Under the pieces are notes generated by a model, which was given only the letters and a program-made list of their open reading frames with translations, was not told where the DNA came from and did no database searches. A program made the position numbers and the translations under genes. Source: a cyanobacterium endosymbiont of Epithemia clementina EcSB (GTDB lineage Bacteria > Cyanobacteriota > Cyanobacteriia > Cyanobacteriales > Microcystaceae). From it: a stretch of 32,000 bases of DNA. The stretch spans positions 85,110 to 117,109 of the forward strand of contig NZ_CP123991.1 of assembly GCF_029919255.1 (NCBI RefSeq), written 5' to 3'. Shown here one piece after another: positions 1 to 10,299 of this stretch (positions are counted from its first letter, which is position 1; every line of letters starts with the position of its first letter).

Positions 1-120
1 ACTAAAATTACGTCTAGTACTCGATCTTAGACTAATTTATAAAATTTAAGCATAAAGATCTAATAATTTAGAGCGAAAATAATTTTTTTCTTCAAAATTT
101 TTATATTTTATATATTCCTA

Positions 121-1249
121 TATTTTTTAACCGTTTTTTACGACTGGCACTGATTAATATTCTCTCTAATCTAATGGTTCCCTTTGCAGAGTTTTTCAAT
201 ATTGCCTTTTTAGTCAATCTAGAAGCGATTCATCATCTAGCTGGCGTAACTTTATCTACAGTTTTTTTAACTATTTTTACCGTGCCTTGGGATTTATTCG
301 TACGGGAACAATAAGGTTAACGGCCCAAGCTGTCGGGTGTAATTGTAAAGATGATGTGCTGCTAGCCTTGCTACGAAATGGACTATTAGCCTTAGTTTTG
401 GGATTAGGAATTCTTCTCTTACAGTATCTATTAAAAGTATTAGGCTTTTTCCCTCTTCAATACAGCCCCAATAGTTAAAGCATCTGCCCAAGCTTACTAT
501 GATGCACAAATTTTAGGTGTACCAGTGATTTTTCTTAATTTTGTCCTTATTAGCTGATTTTTAGAACAAGAACAAATTGAAAAGGTTTTGTTGATGTCAA
601 TCATAGGAAATAGGGCTAATATTGTCTTCGATTATCTATTCATTGTACGTTGGGGCTTGAAAAGCAGTGGTGTAAGGTGAGTAAACAGCTTAAACAGAGT
701 ACTTTTAACCAAACTTTAATCCTCAACAGAGATCTATTTATTTGTACTTTAGTTCTTCATGTCTGCCTTTTCTATATTTACTAATTTAAGTACAGGTATG
801 GGAACGAACATCTTAACTGAAAATGCTGTGTTATTACAGATATTTTCTTTGGCAATGTATTTAATTGATAAATTAGCTTTTACCACAGAATTTTTAACTA
901 CAAATTTTACAGAAAAAGTAGTTTAACAAGATTTACTTCCTCTGTTCCAATTGGCAGGAACAATTAGCTTAAGTGTTGGACTAATATCAGCTATAGTTCT
1001 TGTGTTTTTTCCCAACCCTTATTTACCTTACTAACCAATCATCAGGAAATATTTCCTTCTTTTAATTCTCGTGTTTATTGGCTTTTATCTGTACTAGGAT
1101 TTAGTTCGATTGCCTTTATTGTAGATAGCTATTTTCTAGGACTAGCTGAAGGAGCAATCTTAGGTAAGACAGCTTTGATCTCTACTTTCTTTGGGTTTAT
1201 TCCTTTAGCTATTATTGCTTGGCATTTAAACAATAATGATTTATTATAG
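121..1249 (+). pseudogene. MATE-family (DinF-like) efflux transporter, disrupted
   Basis: Translation across the three + frames gives MATE/DinF-like blocks: RFLRLALINILSNLMVPFAEF, GFIRTGTIRLTAQAVG (a degenerate LRMGTTGLTAQA-type motif), AQAYYDAQILGVPVIFLNFVLIS*FLEQ, NIVFDYLFIVRWGLKSSG, and a C-terminal GFIPLAIIAWHLNNNDLL*. These are broken by several stops and frameshifts. The longest open piece is 63 aa (287..478). Confidence 0.65.
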
Positions 1250-1341
1250 TTGACGCTATCTTAACTTCATCGTATTCAGAGTTGTTTTACTCGGTTAAAA
1301 AATTCCCGAAACACTATAAAAATTAATTTTTATAAAAAAAT

Positions 1342-3675
1342 ATGTTGGAAGATAAATGGCAAATAATACCTTTTTCATTAATTCCTCAGTGGTTTCTAAC
1401 AATTGTTAAATCCTATACTCCTAATTCTGATGGAAAACATGTTGCCCAAATATTATGGAAACGAGGAATTAAAAACAAAGATGAACTTATAGCTTTCATT
1501 GATCCTGATGTCTATCATCCAACTAGTCCTTTTGCTTTTGGAGAAGAAATGAAATGGGCAGTTAAACGCCTTAAAAAGGCTTATAACAATCAAGAAAAAG
1601 TAACGATATGGGGAGATTTTGATGCTGATGGAATTACCTCAACTAGCGTTCTTTGGGAGGGACTAGGGCAATTTTTTCCTCCTCATCTTCAACTTGACTA
1701 TTATATCCCTAATCGTATTACAGAATCTCACGGATTAAATCGTCAAGGAATTGAAAAATTAGCAGCATCAGGAACTCGGTTAGTTGTGACTTGTGATACA
1801 GGGAGTACCAACTTAACTGAGATTGACTATGCTAATGAGTTAGGTATTGATATGATTATCACCGATCATCATGCTTTACCTGATACTCGTCCTCCTGTTA
1901 TTGCTATGATCAATCCTCGTTGCCTTAGCACAAATCATCCCCTATTTAATTTATCAGGAGTAGCAGTAGCCTATAAATTAGTCGAAGCGTTTTATCAAAA
2001 ATTACCTGATGTTCCTAAAGAACCGTTAGAACAATTATTAGACTTAGTTGCTATAGGATTAATTGCCGATTTAGTTGAGTTAAAAGGAGATTGTCGTTAT
2101 CTAGCACAAAAAGGTATTCAACACCTACAAAAACAGCGACAACTTAGCACCCGTCCAGGAGTTGCTAAATTATTAGAATTATGTAAAAAAAATGGTGATC
2201 GCCCCACTGATATTTCTTATGGTATCGGACCCAGAATTAATGCCATTAGTCGCATTTATGGAGATGCTACATTTGGGGTTGAGTTATTAACCAGTCGTGA
2301 TATAAAACTTTGTCACGAACTTGCTTTAAAAACTGAATTAGCTAATGCAAGGCGCAAAGAAATACAACAAAGAGTTTATAAAGATGTTAAAAAGAAACTA
2401 TCTCAAATTGATTTATCAACCGTGGGAGTTATTGTTTTAGAAGATACTCAATGGGATAGTGGAGTTTTAGGATTAGTTGCCGGAAAAATTGCTCAAGAAT
2501 ATAATCGTCCAACAATTTTATTAACCGTAACAAAAACAGGTAATGAAGCCCAAGCTGAAGTCATCAAAATGGTTAGAGGTTCCGCGCGCTCAGTTAATCA
2601 AATAGATTTATATAAATTAGTAGATTCTCAACAAAATTTGTTACATCGTTTTGGAGGACATCCTTTTGCTGCAGGGTTAAGTTTACCTCTAAAAAATCTA
2701 ACTTTATTTAAAGAAGGTATTAATCAACAATTTCGACAAAAAATAAATAATATCAATTATATACAAACAGCGGTTGAAGTAGATTTAATTGTTACTGTTG
2801 TTGACCTAGGACAAGATTTATTTCGAGAACTAAAATTATTAGAACCATGTGGAATAGGTAATTCTACCCCTAAGCTTTTACTAAAAAATTGTTGGTTTGA
2901 TAATATTTGGAATAAGAATATTGAGGACACAAAAAGAAATAAAATACAATACATAAAGACAGTTTTTGAGATTCATGATTTTTCTACCAAAAGAGGATTT
3001 CCTGGAGTTTGGTGGGAACATTATAAAGATGAACTTCCTTTTAGTAAACCTCAGGATGCAATTGTTGAACTATACTTTAATTCTTATTCTAAACGTTATG
3101 AAGTTAGATTGATTGCTATCAGAGACTATATAACTGATATTGAAATTGATCAAAATACTAACAATGACAATTGTTTGTTAGATTGGCGTAATAAAGAATT
3201 TTTGGGAAAAGTAACTACTAAAATTAAAGTATTACAAGAATGTCCTAAGAGTTGGGATGAGCTATTAAAAATATATCATCAAACTCAACAGAAAAAACTT
3301 AAACTTGCTCTTGCTTATAATTCACCAAAATACATAAATTCTCTACAAGTTTGGCGACAATTATTAGGAATTGCTAAGTATTATAGTCGTACTCAAGATC
3401 TTATCAATATAGGACAAATGAGGATGAAATTAGAACTAAGTGATTACACCCTAAAACTTGGATTGGCAACCTTATATAAATTAGGATTTTATTGTAAAAT
3501 AATAGACGATAAACTTAAGTTTGTCTGGAACAATAAAATTGCTAATAATGCAGAAAAAAAAGTAAGTCAATTTCTAGAAGTGGTTGAAGAAGAACAATTC
3601 CAACATAGATATTTTTCTGAAATTTCTCTTGAATGCATCCAAGAAAAAATTTCTACTAGTAATATAAAAAGATAA
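1342..3675 (+). CDS. recJ: Single-stranded-DNA-specific exonuclease RecJ
   Basis: 777-aa ORF with an ATG start. It carries DHH-family motifs (IWGDFDADGITS, VVTCDTGS, IITDHH) and a DHHA1-like GGHPFAAG motif. Confidence 0.9.
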   Translation: MLEDKWQIIPFSLIPQWFLTIVKSYTPNSDGKHVAQILWKRGIKNKDELIAFIDPDVYHPTSPFAFGEEMKWAVKRLKKAYNNQEKVTIWGDFDADGITSTSVLWEGLGQFFPPHLQLDYYIPNRITESHGLNRQGIEKLAASGTRLVVTCDTGSTNLTEIDYANELGIDMIITDHHALPDTRPPVIAMINPRCLSTNHPLFNLSGVAVAYKLVEAFYQKLPDVPKEPLEQLLDLVAIGLIADLVELKGDCRYLAQKGIQHLQKQRQLSTRPGVAKLLELCKKNGDRPTDISYGIGPRINAISRIYGDATFGVELLTSRDIKLCHELALKTELANARRKEIQQRVYKDVKKKLSQIDLSTVGVIVLEDTQWDSGVLGLVAGKIAQEYNRPTILLTVTKTGNEAQAEVIKMVRGSARSVNQIDLYKLVDSQQNLLHRFGGHPFAAGLSLPLKNLTLFKEGINQQFRQKINNINYIQTAVEVDLIVTVVDLGQDLFRELKLLEPCGIGNSTPKLLLKNCWFDNIWNKNIEDTKRNKIQYIKTVFEIHDFSTKRGFPGVWWEHYKDELPFSKPQDAIVELYFNSYSKRYEVRLIAIRDYITDIEIDQNTNNDNCLLDWRNKEFLGKVTTKIKVLQECPKSWDELLKIYHQTQQKKLKLALAYNSPKYINSLQVWRQLLGIAKYYSRTQDLINIGQMRMKLELSDYTLKLGLATLYKLGFYCKIIDDKLKFVWNNKIANNAEKKVSQFLEVVEEEQFQHRYFSEISLECIQEKISTSNIKR

Positions 3676-3707
3676 TTATAATCTATTACTGATAGTAGAT
3701 TATAATT
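3674..3707. repeat. 12-bp perfect inverted repeat (aattataatcta / tagattataatt, 10-nt loop) overlapping the recJ stop codon
   Basis: Read directly from the sequence. The stem is A/T only, so any hairpin is weak. It could be a weak terminator or attenuator between recJ and the next gene, but no function is supported. Confidence 0.3.
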
Positions 3708-3738
3708 ATTTGTAGTAATACAAATTACGAATAAAATC

Positions 3739-4005
3739 ATGAAATCTCTAACATATTTAATGACCACAATAATGATTGCTTTCTGGTTAGTAATAGTTGC
3801 TATTTTTTCTATTCAAAATATTACTGAAATTTCTTTAAATTTTTTAATTTTTAAATCTATTAAACTTCCTATTGGAGTATTATTATCTTTCTGTGTAGGG
3901 GGGGGAATGATTTTAGGAGCACTAGTTACTCTGTTATGGGAACATTCTAAGTATTTAACTAAAAGACATTTAAGGAAAACTTCTCAGGAAGTTGATGATT
4001 TTTAA
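3739..4005 (+). CDS. Small membrane protein, LapA-domain / DUF1049-like
   Basis: 88-aa ORF with two hydrophobic helices. The pattern VIVAIFSIQN..ISLNFLIFKSIKLPIGVLL..GGGMILGAL is typical of this family. It lies 64 bp downstream of recJ on the same strand. Confidence 0.55.
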   Translation: MKSLTYLMTTIMIAFWLVIVAIFSIQNITEISLNFLIFKSIKLPIGVLLSFCVGGGMILGALVTLLWEHSKYLTKRHLRKTSQEVDDF

Positions 4006-4772
4006 TGTAAATAATATACATGTTAGGCTATTCTGCGATTACAAATCGTAGAATTACATCAGATAATTAAATAGTTAACTAAACGAATTATTCTGAGAAT
4101 TAATTTAACTTTTTTCTATTTTTTAACCTTATATAATTGTCAGCTATTATAAATTATTTCTTAGTTTTTTTATACTTCTCGTATAATTCCATATCTTTTT
4201 CTCTTTTAAAGAATCTATCTAGAAATTGTTTTTCTAATTGTATTCTCTAATAGATTCATTTAATCTACCATTTTTTAAATTTATATTCTCTAATATTTAG
4301 AGCTAATAGGTTTAGACAGAATAGTTTTTTGATCTTGGATGTTCTGGAGATATTTTAAAATTAAGAGTTAACTTTAATAGTATTTACTATTTGCAATTAG
4401 AAAGGTTTTTTTAAAAAAGTCTGTTATCTGAACAATTATTTTTTCAACTACTTTTTGTTTTAGATTTATTTAGAAAAACCTATTTACTATTGGTAAATTT
4501 TATAAAATTTAAATAAAATACTCAATTGCTAAGGACAAATAAATAGTTTATTTTTTTTGAAAAAATTGTTATCAACAATACAAATGATTAAATGTTCATT
4601 GACTGTTTTAAAAAATAAAACTTAATAGTCATTAAAATAAGTGTATTGCAGTAAGTTAAAATAAAATTTTTAACTATTTTGTCTTCTTTAAAATAAATAT
4701 TTTTATTTTTATCTAAAATAGTATCCAATTTTAATTAGACACTATTTTCTTTGACTTGTTGACTCTTTTATT

Positions 4773-5315
4773 TTAACTATATTGCAATACGTAAAATGTT
4801 ATTGACTTATTTCCATAATATTTTTCTTGACGAATTTCCAATCCATTGATTGCTATTGCTTGCCATAATTTAGGATTATGTTCTACTGCAATTTCTCCAT
4901 CTTTTCTTAAGAGTTTATGAGTTGCTATTGCTTCTAAAACAGGTTGATATAACTTACTAGCATAAGGCGGATCAAAATAAATATGATTAAATTGTTGTCC
5001 TTCTAGGGTTTTTAGTATTTTAAGAATATCACCTTTAATTACTTTAAAGTTTTGATTTTCTGCAGCAAATTTCTGCCAATTTTGCTTAATGATTTTACAC
5101 GCTTTCCCATACTTTTCAATTCCTATTACTTCACTTGCACCACGACATAAAGCTTCTGCACCCATTGAACCATTTCCTGCACATAAATCTAGCCAACGAC
5201 ACTCGATAATTGAACCTTGCCAAATATTAAATAAAGCTTCTCTAACTTTAGCAGATGTAGGACGAGTTAATTGTCCAGGTAAAGTAGTTAATAATCTATT
5301 TCCATAAATCCGCAT
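4773..5315 (-). CDS. rsmD: 16S rRNA (guanine966-N2)-methyltransferase RsmD
   Basis: 180-aa ORF with an ATG start. It has the SAM-binding LDLCAGNGSMGAEALCRGA segment and the catalytic FDPPY motif. The size is typical of RsmD. Confidence 0.8.
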   Translation of the reverse strand: MRIYGNRLLTTLPGQLTRPTSAKVREALFNIWQGSIIECRWLDLCAGNGSMGAEALCRGASEVIGIEKYGKACKIIKQNWQKFAAENQNFKVIKGDILKILKTLEGQQFNHIYFDPPYASKLYQPVLEAIATHKLLRKDGEIAVEHNPKLWQAIAINGLEIRQEKYYGNKSITFYVLQYS

Positions 5316-5658
5316 TCTAGTTAATAGTTAATTATAGAGACATTGATTATAAATTACCTATAAATCCAAAAAGTTTAGCTAAACTCCCCAAAACACAGCA
5401 ATTATCAATTAATACCACACGACTAATTAAGATCTTGACTATCTAAGCATTTTCTTAAACTATTCATTATCTTTTCTTATTTTACTTATCCTAATTGCAA
5501 AATATTAGAATATAAGTTTATTTTATCTATCTTAAATAGAATTCAATCATATCTAAAAAAACTATTAATTGTTTTAAGATATCTTTAAGTAAGTCAGTGG
5601 CTGCAACTGAAGTCTGATTTGTAATTTTTTTATCTCAAAATATAATTAAAAATTATAT

Positions 5659-6279
5659 TCATTTGACTAAATTAACAAAATTAGATAGAAGCTTTAAGCC
5701 ATGATTTGAAGATTTTTCAGGGTGGAATTGTACTGCTATTAAATTATCAGAAGCAATTGCTGCTGTTACTGTTTGACTGCCATGAGTAACTGTTGCCGCA
5801 GTAACAGTTACATCAACTGGATCAACATAATAAGAGTGGACAAAATATAGATAAGGATCAGGAGGTAAGCCTTGCCATAAACTTAAATTAGGTTGAGTAA
5901 ATTCTAATTGATTCCAACCCATCTGAGGAATAGTAAGATTAGGTTCAGAACGAAAACGACGGACCTTTCCAGGAATTATTCCTAACCCTGGTTCTTTCCC
6001 TTCTTCAGAAGAATCAAAAAGAATTTGTAACCCTAAACAAATTCCTAAAAAAGGTTTCTTATCAGCAATTGCTTGGTTAATGGGATTAACTAAATGACGC
6101 GCCCGCAGATGTTGAACTGCCGGATCAAAAGATCCTACCCCAGGTAAAACAATTCCAGCAGCTTTAGCAATTTCATTAGGAGAATCAGTAATTTTGGGGG
6201 TCATCCCTGTTTTTTCGATTCCCTTACAAACAGAGTGTAGATTTCCCATGTCATAGTCAATAACTGCAATAAAGTCCAT
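5659..6279 (-). CDS. hisH: Imidazole glycerol phosphate synthase, glutamine amidotransferase subunit HisH
   Basis: 206-aa ORF. It shows IAVIDYDMGNLHSV, the class-I GATase nucleophile context GICLGLQ, and a C-terminal QFHPEKS. Confidence 0.9.
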   Translation of the reverse strand: MDFIAVIDYDMGNLHSVCKGIEKTGMTPKITDSPNEIAKAAGIVLPGVGSFDPAVQHLRARHLVNPINQAIADKKPFLGICLGLQILFDSSEEGKEPGLGIIPGKVRRFRSEPNLTIPQMGWNQLEFTQPNLSLWQGLPPDPYLYFVHSYYVDPVDVTVTAATVTHGSQTVTAAIASDNLIAVQFHPEKSSNHGLKLLSNFVNLVK

Positions 6280-7325
6280 GTTGCAAGATTTAATAGAATA
6301 GATTCTTTAACCCCATTTTAGGATATAAAAAACCATAACGAGGATTGTCTTAACTTCATTTCAAATTTGGCTATCTCATCCAGTCTCTAGTTCGTCGAAG
6401 ATTTTTTTAAGATATGTATAAACTCAAGCTATAAAAAAATGTTTGAATATGTAAATAAATTCAACTTAAAGCAGTAATTCTTAACAGAATAGCTGAAATG
6501 CGTTAACAATTAATCTTAAAATAGAATTCTAGAAGACTAGAGGACAGATTTAAAACAACGATTAAACCCCAAAAATAATTTTTTAATCATTTAAGACATC
6601 TATTAGTTATCAGGCAGTAAAATTAACTCTCTAGAAACTTTATTTTTTAGTAATATGATATTTACAATAATTAAATTATCTCAGTCATGGATTATTTATT
6701 TATGTCTTTATTTCGAATAAAAAAATATATCTTGAGACTAGTTCTAGATTTTTATTATCTTTAAAAAACTATTCTAACTCTAATGTATTAGAATAACTTC
6801 TTATTTGAAAGAGATAAAAAATAAAGATATAGAAAATAAAAATTACAAGTAAATTTACACCTGAGAATAATTTATATATTTATATATAGAACAAAATTCT
6901 AAATTATCATTTAATCGTTAGCAGTTACTTGATGAAAAAACAAGTCGCTTTTTTATCAAGTAATAAATACCTCTTTAAGAGAATTTTAAAATAAACATTA
7001 AATACTTTTATCTAAGTAATTAATAAATTGCTAATATTTTATATACTGTTTGAATAAGTTAACTAATAACTATTGATGGTAGTTAATGTAGTTTATCCAT
7101 CATGAGTTAATTTTCGATTTCGAGACTGTTCCTAAACAAAATCTTAAACAAGGCACATTAAGAAAATACAATTCATTAGGTGATTTATCTGTTTATAAAA
7201 AGTTTTCTATAAATTCTTTAAAGTAAAAACAACTTGACCAATTTGCTGATCTTAATTATACTTCTTTAATTTAGGTAAAAGTTTATTAAATCTAAAAGAT
7301 TAGAATAATTAACTTGATTCATTAT

Positions 7326-8567
7326 TCATCTAAGCAATTGAGGCATTTTTCCTAGTAATCCTGTCATTAATTGTAAAGAAAAACGTTTAACTAAAGGACA
7401 AGTATTAATCAACCATAATCCCAACCGACGCAAAATCATTAATGGCCACCACTGATTAGAAAATAAACGATTCAAAAAGTCAGTAAACCCTAATATGATC
7501 CAATTTTCGTTTCTGCGCCAGCGTTCATAACGTTTTAATACCTTTAAACTTCCAATATCTTCTCCTTGTTGATGGGCTTTTTGTAAAATTTCTGCTAAAG
7601 CTGCCACATCTCGAATCCCTAGGTTTAACCCCTGTCCCCCCAAAGGATGACAGCAGTGTGCTGCATCTCCGACTAGGGCGAGTCTATGGTCTGTATAGCG
7701 TTCACTTTGCATTAACTGAACCGGAAATATAAAACGATCGCTGACTAATTCTAATTCTCCTAAAAGCCCTCCAGTCCGTCGCTGTAACTGACTTAAAAAC
7801 TCTGTTTCGTCTAATTCCCTAATCGCTTTGGCTTGGGCATGAGGGGCTGTCCAAACGATCTGACAACGATTTTCAGGAAGGGGTAAAATTCCCATAGGTC
7901 CTGAATACCAAAACCGTTCAAATGCCATATCATTGCTCGGGGCATTATGTTTAACGGTGAAAGTAACACAAGACTGCCAATATTTCCACCCTTTAGTTTT
8001 AATACCTACTCCCAAACGCATTGGCGATTGTGCTCCGTCGGCTCCTATCACTAATTTACTACGGATTTGTTGTAATTTTCCCTCCACCTCAACCTTGACT
8101 ACCGCCTCTGTATCTTGATAGTCGACGGCTATAACTTCAGCCGGAGATAACCATTGAATTTCAGAGGAGTCGGCAATTGCCGTTTGTAGGGTTTCTAGGA
8201 TCACTTGATGTTCTCCCACATAGCCCAGATAATCTGTTCCAAGATCGGTAGTCTGGAACTCAACTACCTGTGGATAATCGGCATCAGAAAGGCGAATAGA
8301 GCGAAATTTTCCAACTTTGGGCAGTATTTTTTCCCAGATACCAATTGCATCTAAGATGCGCACAGACAGTAATGATAGAGCATAAGCTTGAGGTTTGCTG
8401 GCGGCTTTCACGTTGACCTGAGCTTCAATAATAACGATTTTTAACCCAGATGTTTTAAGGGCTGTAGCTAAAGTGGTACCAACAATTCCTCCTCCCACAA
8501 TAGTAAGATCGTAGTCTGTAGTGTGGTTAGAAAGTGAAACAGAGGAGCTTAGCTGAGCGACAGTCAT
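7326..8567 (-). CDS. UbiH/UbiF/Coq6-family FAD-dependent hydroxylase (quinone biosynthesis type)
   Basis: It has the GxGxxG dinucleotide fold (VGGGIVGTTLA), the DG motif (IGADGAQSPMR) and GDAAHCCHPLGGQGLNLGIRD. I place the start at the internal ATG (8565..8567, MTVAQLSS..). The 35 upstream codons in the ORF track are low-complexity and AT-rich. Confidence 0.8.
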   Translation of the reverse strand: MTVAQLSSSVSLSNHTTDYDLTIVGGGIVGTTLATALKTSGLKIVIIEAQVNVKAASKPQAYALSLLSVRILDAIGIWEKILPKVGKFRSIRLSDADYPQVVEFQTTDLGTDYLGYVGEHQVILETLQTAIADSSEIQWLSPAEVIAVDYQDTEAVVKVEVEGKLQQIRSKLVIGADGAQSPMRLGVGIKTKGWKYWQSCVTFTVKHNAPSNDMAFERFWYSGPMGILPLPENRCQIVWTAPHAQAKAIRELDETEFLSQLQRRTGGLLGELELVSDRFIFPVQLMQSERYTDHRLALVGDAAHCCHPLGGQGLNLGIRDVAALAEILQKAHQQGEDIGSLKVLKRYERWRRNENWIILGFTDFLNRLFSNQWWPLMILRRLGLWLINTCPLVKRFSLQLMTGLLGKMPQLLR

Positions 8568-8719
8568 TTTTAAGTATTTCTTCAGAAAAGTACTAAAAAA
8601 TATACACTTTAAAGCACTAAAAAATATATATCTTATAATTGTGGCGTGAATTTTCTGAGGATGCAAGGTCATTAATTTTCATCCTCATTTAGGAGGGAGT
8701 ATTTTGGCAGACCATCAAA

Positions 8720-10075
8720 TTAAAATTTAACTGCCCGTAGAGGATTAATGTCTGATGTTTGACGTCTGACTTCTACAAAATTAGCTACTCCAATTCTTAA
8801 CAATAGCCCCACAAGAGTCCCTAAACTAACATTTAGGGTTAATTTAGGCAAAATAGAAGTCTTTTCTTTTTCAGGGGGAGTAATCAACTGCTAAGGAGCT
8901 ATTTTTTGGTTAACGGCTTTTATATTCATCTTTTGAGAAATGGTCAGGAGATGAGTCAGACCATTGTTAGCCATAGTCAGTTTTTGCTGTAAATGATCAT
9001 ACTCATGAATAAAGATAGATATTTTTTTGATTTTATACTAAAAACTTTTCATTTCTTTGGCAATAGCTATCTTTCTCATGTGCAAAACTTCAATTTGATT
9101 GGCTACCTCGATGAGTTGCTGTTAAAGAGATAAACGTAAGTTACTAGGGGATATCCCAGAATGTTCTAGATTAATATCTTGGTTTTCCAAAGCTTTTGAA
9201 GTTTATTGTTGTAAGGATTTCATAAAATTGGTTTTGTATCTTTAATAACTTCAATTGCAGGACTTTTATGTAAAACTTTTATAAAAAAAAGTCCCCAATT
9301 CTTTAGAAAGTTCAATGTCCACTGTCTGAAGTTAATAGATAAAATCTTGATAACGATATGATTCATTCAATACACTGACAACAATCCTCTCTTGAGGAGA
9401 TAATCCTAGATCCTCTTATAAAGAATTACATAGTACCTGGGTTTCTTTAATTTTGGTTTTAGTATTTAAATTTAAACTTTTCAATAGGTTAAGTTTTTTA
9501 AAAAATTCTTGGTATTTTTGTTGAGGCTCTATAAAACTATATTACTGACGCAATCGTTGTATTTACCTTTAAGTTTTGCTTATTTCCTGACTTGATTAGG
9601 AAATTTGTGACTGAGCAAATTTTATTTCTTGGTTAGCTCAGATATTTTCATACTTATTGCCCTAATCGATATACAATTCAGCTGGAAGAGCTAAGATTAA
9701 GGCAAATTTTTTGAGGATCCTCATGTTTAAAAAATTACTTCCATAATCTTTACCCTTTTTAAGGGTTAAATGGTCAGAGAAGTTTCCTTTGCCTAAACTA
9801 GACTATGGTGCCCTAAATCATATTATTTTACCGAGTAATTTTTGATAAAATTGGCTGCAATACACTATAACTTTTTATGACTTTGATGTTTGTCTTTAAA
9901 TCAATTTGTGTTTTAGGATTTCTTTTGTTGTTAAGTCCTTCTAATAATATCTGAAAACGCCCTCAACAAATAGGAGCTTGTTGCACCGTTCACGTAATTA
10001 CCGTTATTGCCATCTCCAAAGTTAGAGAGGAAATTAATGGCTGATGATGTCCAGTCATCTCTTTAATATACTGTC
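8720..10075 (-). pseudogene. Polysaccharide chain-length determinant (Wzz/GumC family), disrupted
   Basis: Minus-strand translation gives a typical Wzz C-terminal region: EYDHLQQKLTMANNGLTHLLTISQKMNIKAVNQKIAP*QLITPPEKEKTSILPKLTLNVSLGTLVGLLLRIGVANFVEVRRQTSDINPLRAVKF*. This comprises a coiled-coil segment, a P-rich motif and a terminal TM helix, with an in-frame stop. Upstream coiled-coil-like pieces are broken by many stops and frameshifts. An N-terminal LKR*L.. fragment lies near 10070. The 5' boundary is approximate. Confidence 0.55.
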
Positions 10076-10265
10076 AAATATCCTATTTTTTTATCTAAAT
10101 TGAGTGCTTAATTACCCTTTTTAAATAAAAAACTTTTCGGTTATCTTTATCTTCTAAGGGAATAAACAAGTTTCTATAACTATTGTTTATAGGAGGTTTC
10201 CTCACAACATACTGACATTTGATATTAATATATGATTAGTATCGAACACAAGATTAAGCTTAGGC

Positions 10266-10299
10266 GTCTGCTCCAATGATTATGCTCATTGGAGCAGAC
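10266..10299. repeat. Perfect 14-bp inverted repeat with 6-nt spacer (gtctgctccaatga ttatgc tcattggagcagac)
   Basis: Read directly. It is relatively GC-rich and sits inside an AT-rich spacer about 190 bp upstream of the decayed Wzz gene (minus strand). No U-tract follows on either strand. Confidence 0.8.

Noticed and set aside
287-509. ORFs 287..478(+) and 294..509(-) as independent genes
   Set aside because: The + ORF is simply the longest open fragment of the MATE pseudogene (it contains the TAQAVG motif). The - ORF is its shadow.
2185-2192. A8 homopolymer tracts inside intact CDS, each encoding K-K-N: recJ 2185..2192, Tic22-like paralog 2 at 13913..13920, rsmB 30017..30024. They are possible slippage hot spots.
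   Set aside because: All are in frame, and such tracts are expected in an AT-rich genome with Lys/Asn-rich proteins. There is no evidence of frameshifting here.
2757-3767. Antisense ORFs 2757..2954 and 3567..3767 overlapping recJ. Similar shadows occur at 5089..5307 (rsmD), 7933..8118 (ubiH-like), 19613..19801 (hemH), 22365..22556 (kinase) and 26278..26559 (ftsQ).
   Set aside because: All lie within or against well-supported CDS, and none has motifs or a plausible ribosome-binding context.
4088-4106. Short dispersed similarity attattctgagaattaatt (4088) versus attattctgagaactaatt (about 17940, itself next to ctgagaattaatt)
   Set aside because: These are low-complexity AT-rich 13- to 19-mers. 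A rough expectation for such matches within this window is above one. There is no flanking structure suggesting a MITE.
8269-8277. Perfect DnaA-box-like nonamer tgtggataa. Looser ttatccata copies lie near 17115 and 29586.
   Set aside because: It is a single perfect box inside a CDS, the others are scattered kilobases apart, and there is no cluster or AT-rich unwinding element context. This is not an origin.
8568-8672. 35-codon N-terminal extension of the UbiH-like ORF, and similarly the 21-codon extension of hemH (19786..19848)
   Set aside because: The extensions are AT-rich and low-complexity (IIRYIFFSALKCIFFSTF..) and precede internal ATGs that align with the conserved N-termini (GxGxxG fold; [11 protein letters not shown]).
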